Of a stretch of DNA of 64,000 bases, positions 61,288 to 64,000 are shown piece after piece (the first letter of the stretch is position 1; every line of letters starts with the position of its first letter). Under the pieces are notes generated by a model. That model worked only from the letters and a program-made list of their open reading frames with translations, did no database searches and was not told the DNA's origin. Position numbers and translations under genes: made by a program. The stretch is from Anaeramoeba ignava BMAN (taxonomy: Eukaryota > Protista > Anaeramoebae). The stretch spans positions 558,001 through 622,000 of the forward strand of contig JAPDFW010000147.1 of assembly GCA_028826165.1 (NCBI GenBank), given 5' to 3'.

Positions 61288-64000
61288 AATATTTATTATT
61301 ATTATTATTTAATAAATAGGAAGTAAATAATTAAATTCAATAAATAAATAATAAATTAATTAATATTTATTATTATTATTTAATAAATAGTCTGTAAATA
61401 ATTAAATTCAATAAATAAATTAATTAATATTTATTATTATTTAATAAATAGAAAGTAAATAATTAAATTTAATTAATAAATAATATTTAATTAATATTTA
61501 TTATTATTATTATTTAATAAATAGAAAGTAAATAATTGAATCCAATAATTAATTAATAAAATAATTAATATTTATTATTATTATTTAATAAATAGCCTGT
61601 AAATAATTAAATTCAATAAATAAATAATAAATTAATTAATATTTATTATTATTATTTAATAAATAGTTTGTAAATAATTAAATTCAATAAATAAATAATA
61701 AATTAATAAATATTTATTATTATTATTTAATAAATAGTTTGTAAATAATTAAATTCAATAAATAAATAATAAATTAATTAATATTTATTATTATTATTTA
61801 ATAAATAACTTGTAAATAATTAAATTCAATAAATAAATTAATTAATTAATATTTATTATTATTATTTAATAAATAGGGAGTAAATAATTAAATTCAATAA
61901 ATAAATAATATTTATTATTATTATTTAATAAATAGTTTGTAAATAATTAAATTCAATAAATAAATAATAAATTAATTAATATTTATTATTATTATTTAAT
62001 AAATAGCTTGTAAATAATTAAATTAAATAAATAAATTAATTAATTAATATTTATTATTATTATTTAATAAATAGAGAGTAAATAATTAAATTCAATAAAT
62101 AAATAATTAATTAATTAATATTTATTGTTATTATTTAATAAATAGAATGTAAAATAATTAAATTCAATAAATAAATTAATTAATATTTATTATTATTATT
62201 TAATAAATAGCTTGTAAATAATTAAATTCAATAAATAAATAATAAATTAATTAATTAATATTTATTATTATTATTTAATAAATAGTTTGTAAATAATTAA
62301 ATTCAATAAACCAATTAATTAATTAATATTTATTATTATTATTTAATAAATAGAGAGTAAATAATTAAATCTAAAAATATCAATAAAATTCAAAAAAAAA
62401 CAAATAAAATTATTATTTATTTAATAAATAGAGAGTAAATAATTAAATTCAATAAATCAATAATTAAGAATTTTATTATAAATATTCAAAATAAATATCT
62501 TTTTTTTCAATAAACAGAATGTAAATAAAACAATTATTTTCAAAATTATAAACAAATTTATTCATTTTTAAAATTGATTATTTAATAAATAGGAAGTAAA
62601 TTATTGATAATTTATAATTGAAAAATGGAGAATGATTCAATTTTTGAATAATGAAAATATCAATAAATGAAAATATTTATTAATTTTTTTTTGAAAATTT
62701 AAAATTAATTCAAAAATAAACAGCCTGTAAATCATTAAATTCAAAACCATTTAAACATCAAAATAAATTATTTATTATTATTATTATTATTTAATAAATA
62801 GCGAGTAAATAATTAAATCCAATAAATAAATAATTAATTAAATTAATATTTATTATTATTATTATTTAATAAATAGAATGTAAATAATCAACTTCAATAA
62901 ATTAATAATTAATACTTATTATTATTTAATAAATAGCATGTAAATAATTCAATTCAATAAATAAATTAAATAATACTTATTATTATTATTATTTAATAAA
63001 TAGTCTGTAAATAATTAAATTCAATAAATCAATTAATTAATTAATATTTATTATTATTATTTAATAAATAGAGAGTAAATAATTAAATCTAAAAATATCA
63101 ATAAAATTCAAAAACAAATAAAATTATTATTTATTTAATAAATAGAGAGTAAATAATTAAATTCAATAAATCAATAATTAAGAATTTTATTATAAATATT
63201 CAAAATAAATATCTTTTTTTTCAATAAACAGAATGTAAATAAAACAATTATTTTCAAAATTATAAACAAATTTATTGATTTTTAAAATTGATTATTTAAT
63301 AAATAGGAAGTAAATTATTGATAATTTATAATTGAAAAATGGAGAATGATTCAATTTTTGAATAATGAAAATATCAATAAATGAAAATATTTATTAATTT
63401 TTGAAAATTTAAAATTAATTCAAAAATAAACAGCCTGTAAATCATTAAATTCAAAACCATTTAAACATCAAAATAAATTATTTATTATTATTATTATTAT
63501 TTAATAAATAGCGAGTAAATAATTAAATCCAATAAATAAATAATTAATTAAATTAATATTTATTATTATTATTATTTAATAAATAGCCTGTAAATAATCA
63601 ACTTCAATAAATTAATAATTAATACTTATTATTATTTAATAAATAGTCTGTAAATAATTAAATTCAATAAATAAAATTAAATAATACTTATTATTATTTA
63701 ATAAATAGTTTGTAAATAATTAAATTCAATAAATAATAAATTAATTAATATTTATTATTATTATTTAATAAATAGAGAGTAAATAATTAAATCTAAAAAT
63801 ATCAATAAAATTCAAAAACAAATAAAATTATTATTTATTTAATAAATAGGAAGTAAATAATTAAATTCAATAAATCAATAATTAAGAATTTTATTATAAA
63901 TATTCAAAATAAATATCTTTTTTTTCAATAAACAGAATGTAAATAAAACAATTATTTTCAAAATTATAAACAAATTTATTCATTTTTAAAATTGATTATT
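61288..64000 (+). other. Continuation of the intron/3-nt microexon array (~36 units; runs off the right edge)
   Basis: First triplet GAA 61320..61322, last AAT 63936..63938. Joined translation ESKKPFFLGFLRNLFRRNEPRNHSRRNEPRPSFREN. It includes longer, diverged units with CAG acceptors. Confidence 0.75.

Noticed and set aside
52560-64000. CRISPR-like repeat/spacer array
   Set aside because: The variable part is only 3 nt, repeat lengths slip, there are no cas genes, and the context is eukaryotic and intron-containing.
1-64000. Alternative genetic code, rRNA/tRNA genes, telomeric repeats
   Set aside because: Conserved genes end at TAA, TAG or TGA with no in-frame stops in conserved domains. 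No structured RNA gene or telomere-type repeat was recognisable by eye.

Overview
Very AT-rich, gene-dense eukaryotic nuclear DNA using the standard genetic code, with GT-AG introns and N/Q/E/K low-complexity protein tracts. The style resembles an Anaeramoeba-like protist, but that is inference only. The window holds about 17 host genes: the N-terminal part of TRRAP/Tra1, RPL36, ABHD13, RPS9, a PAS protein, L-threonine dehydrogenase, PUF60, an EDC4 C-terminal-domain protein, a Myb/SANT protein, an ankyrin protein, TRAPPC2L, a C-terminal-only CAP, an FG-GAP/FN3 surface protein, a RING-kinase and hypothetical genes. Many introns are inflated by intron-specific satellites. Several frameshifts fall in homopolymer or microsatellite runs and look like assembly errors. 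The main finding is at 52.6-64 kb. What looks like a ~70-bp AT satellite reads as ~100 consecutive units of [..TAG/CAG] NNN [GTAAAT..], i.e. single-codon (3-nt) microexons separated by near-identical spliceosomal-type introns. The triplets join into a stop-free, protein-like peptide (SHHENNHDESDENSNDSDSHNDDLSESESINSSEIELFDEND...ESKKPFFLGFLRNLFRRNEPR...) that is in phase with the upstream RING-kinase gene. A 4.07-kb PIF/Harbinger-type transposon carrying a Ulp1/SENP-like protease sits inside one of these introns. Counts and coordinates were read by hand. Splicing is predicted, not demonstrated.
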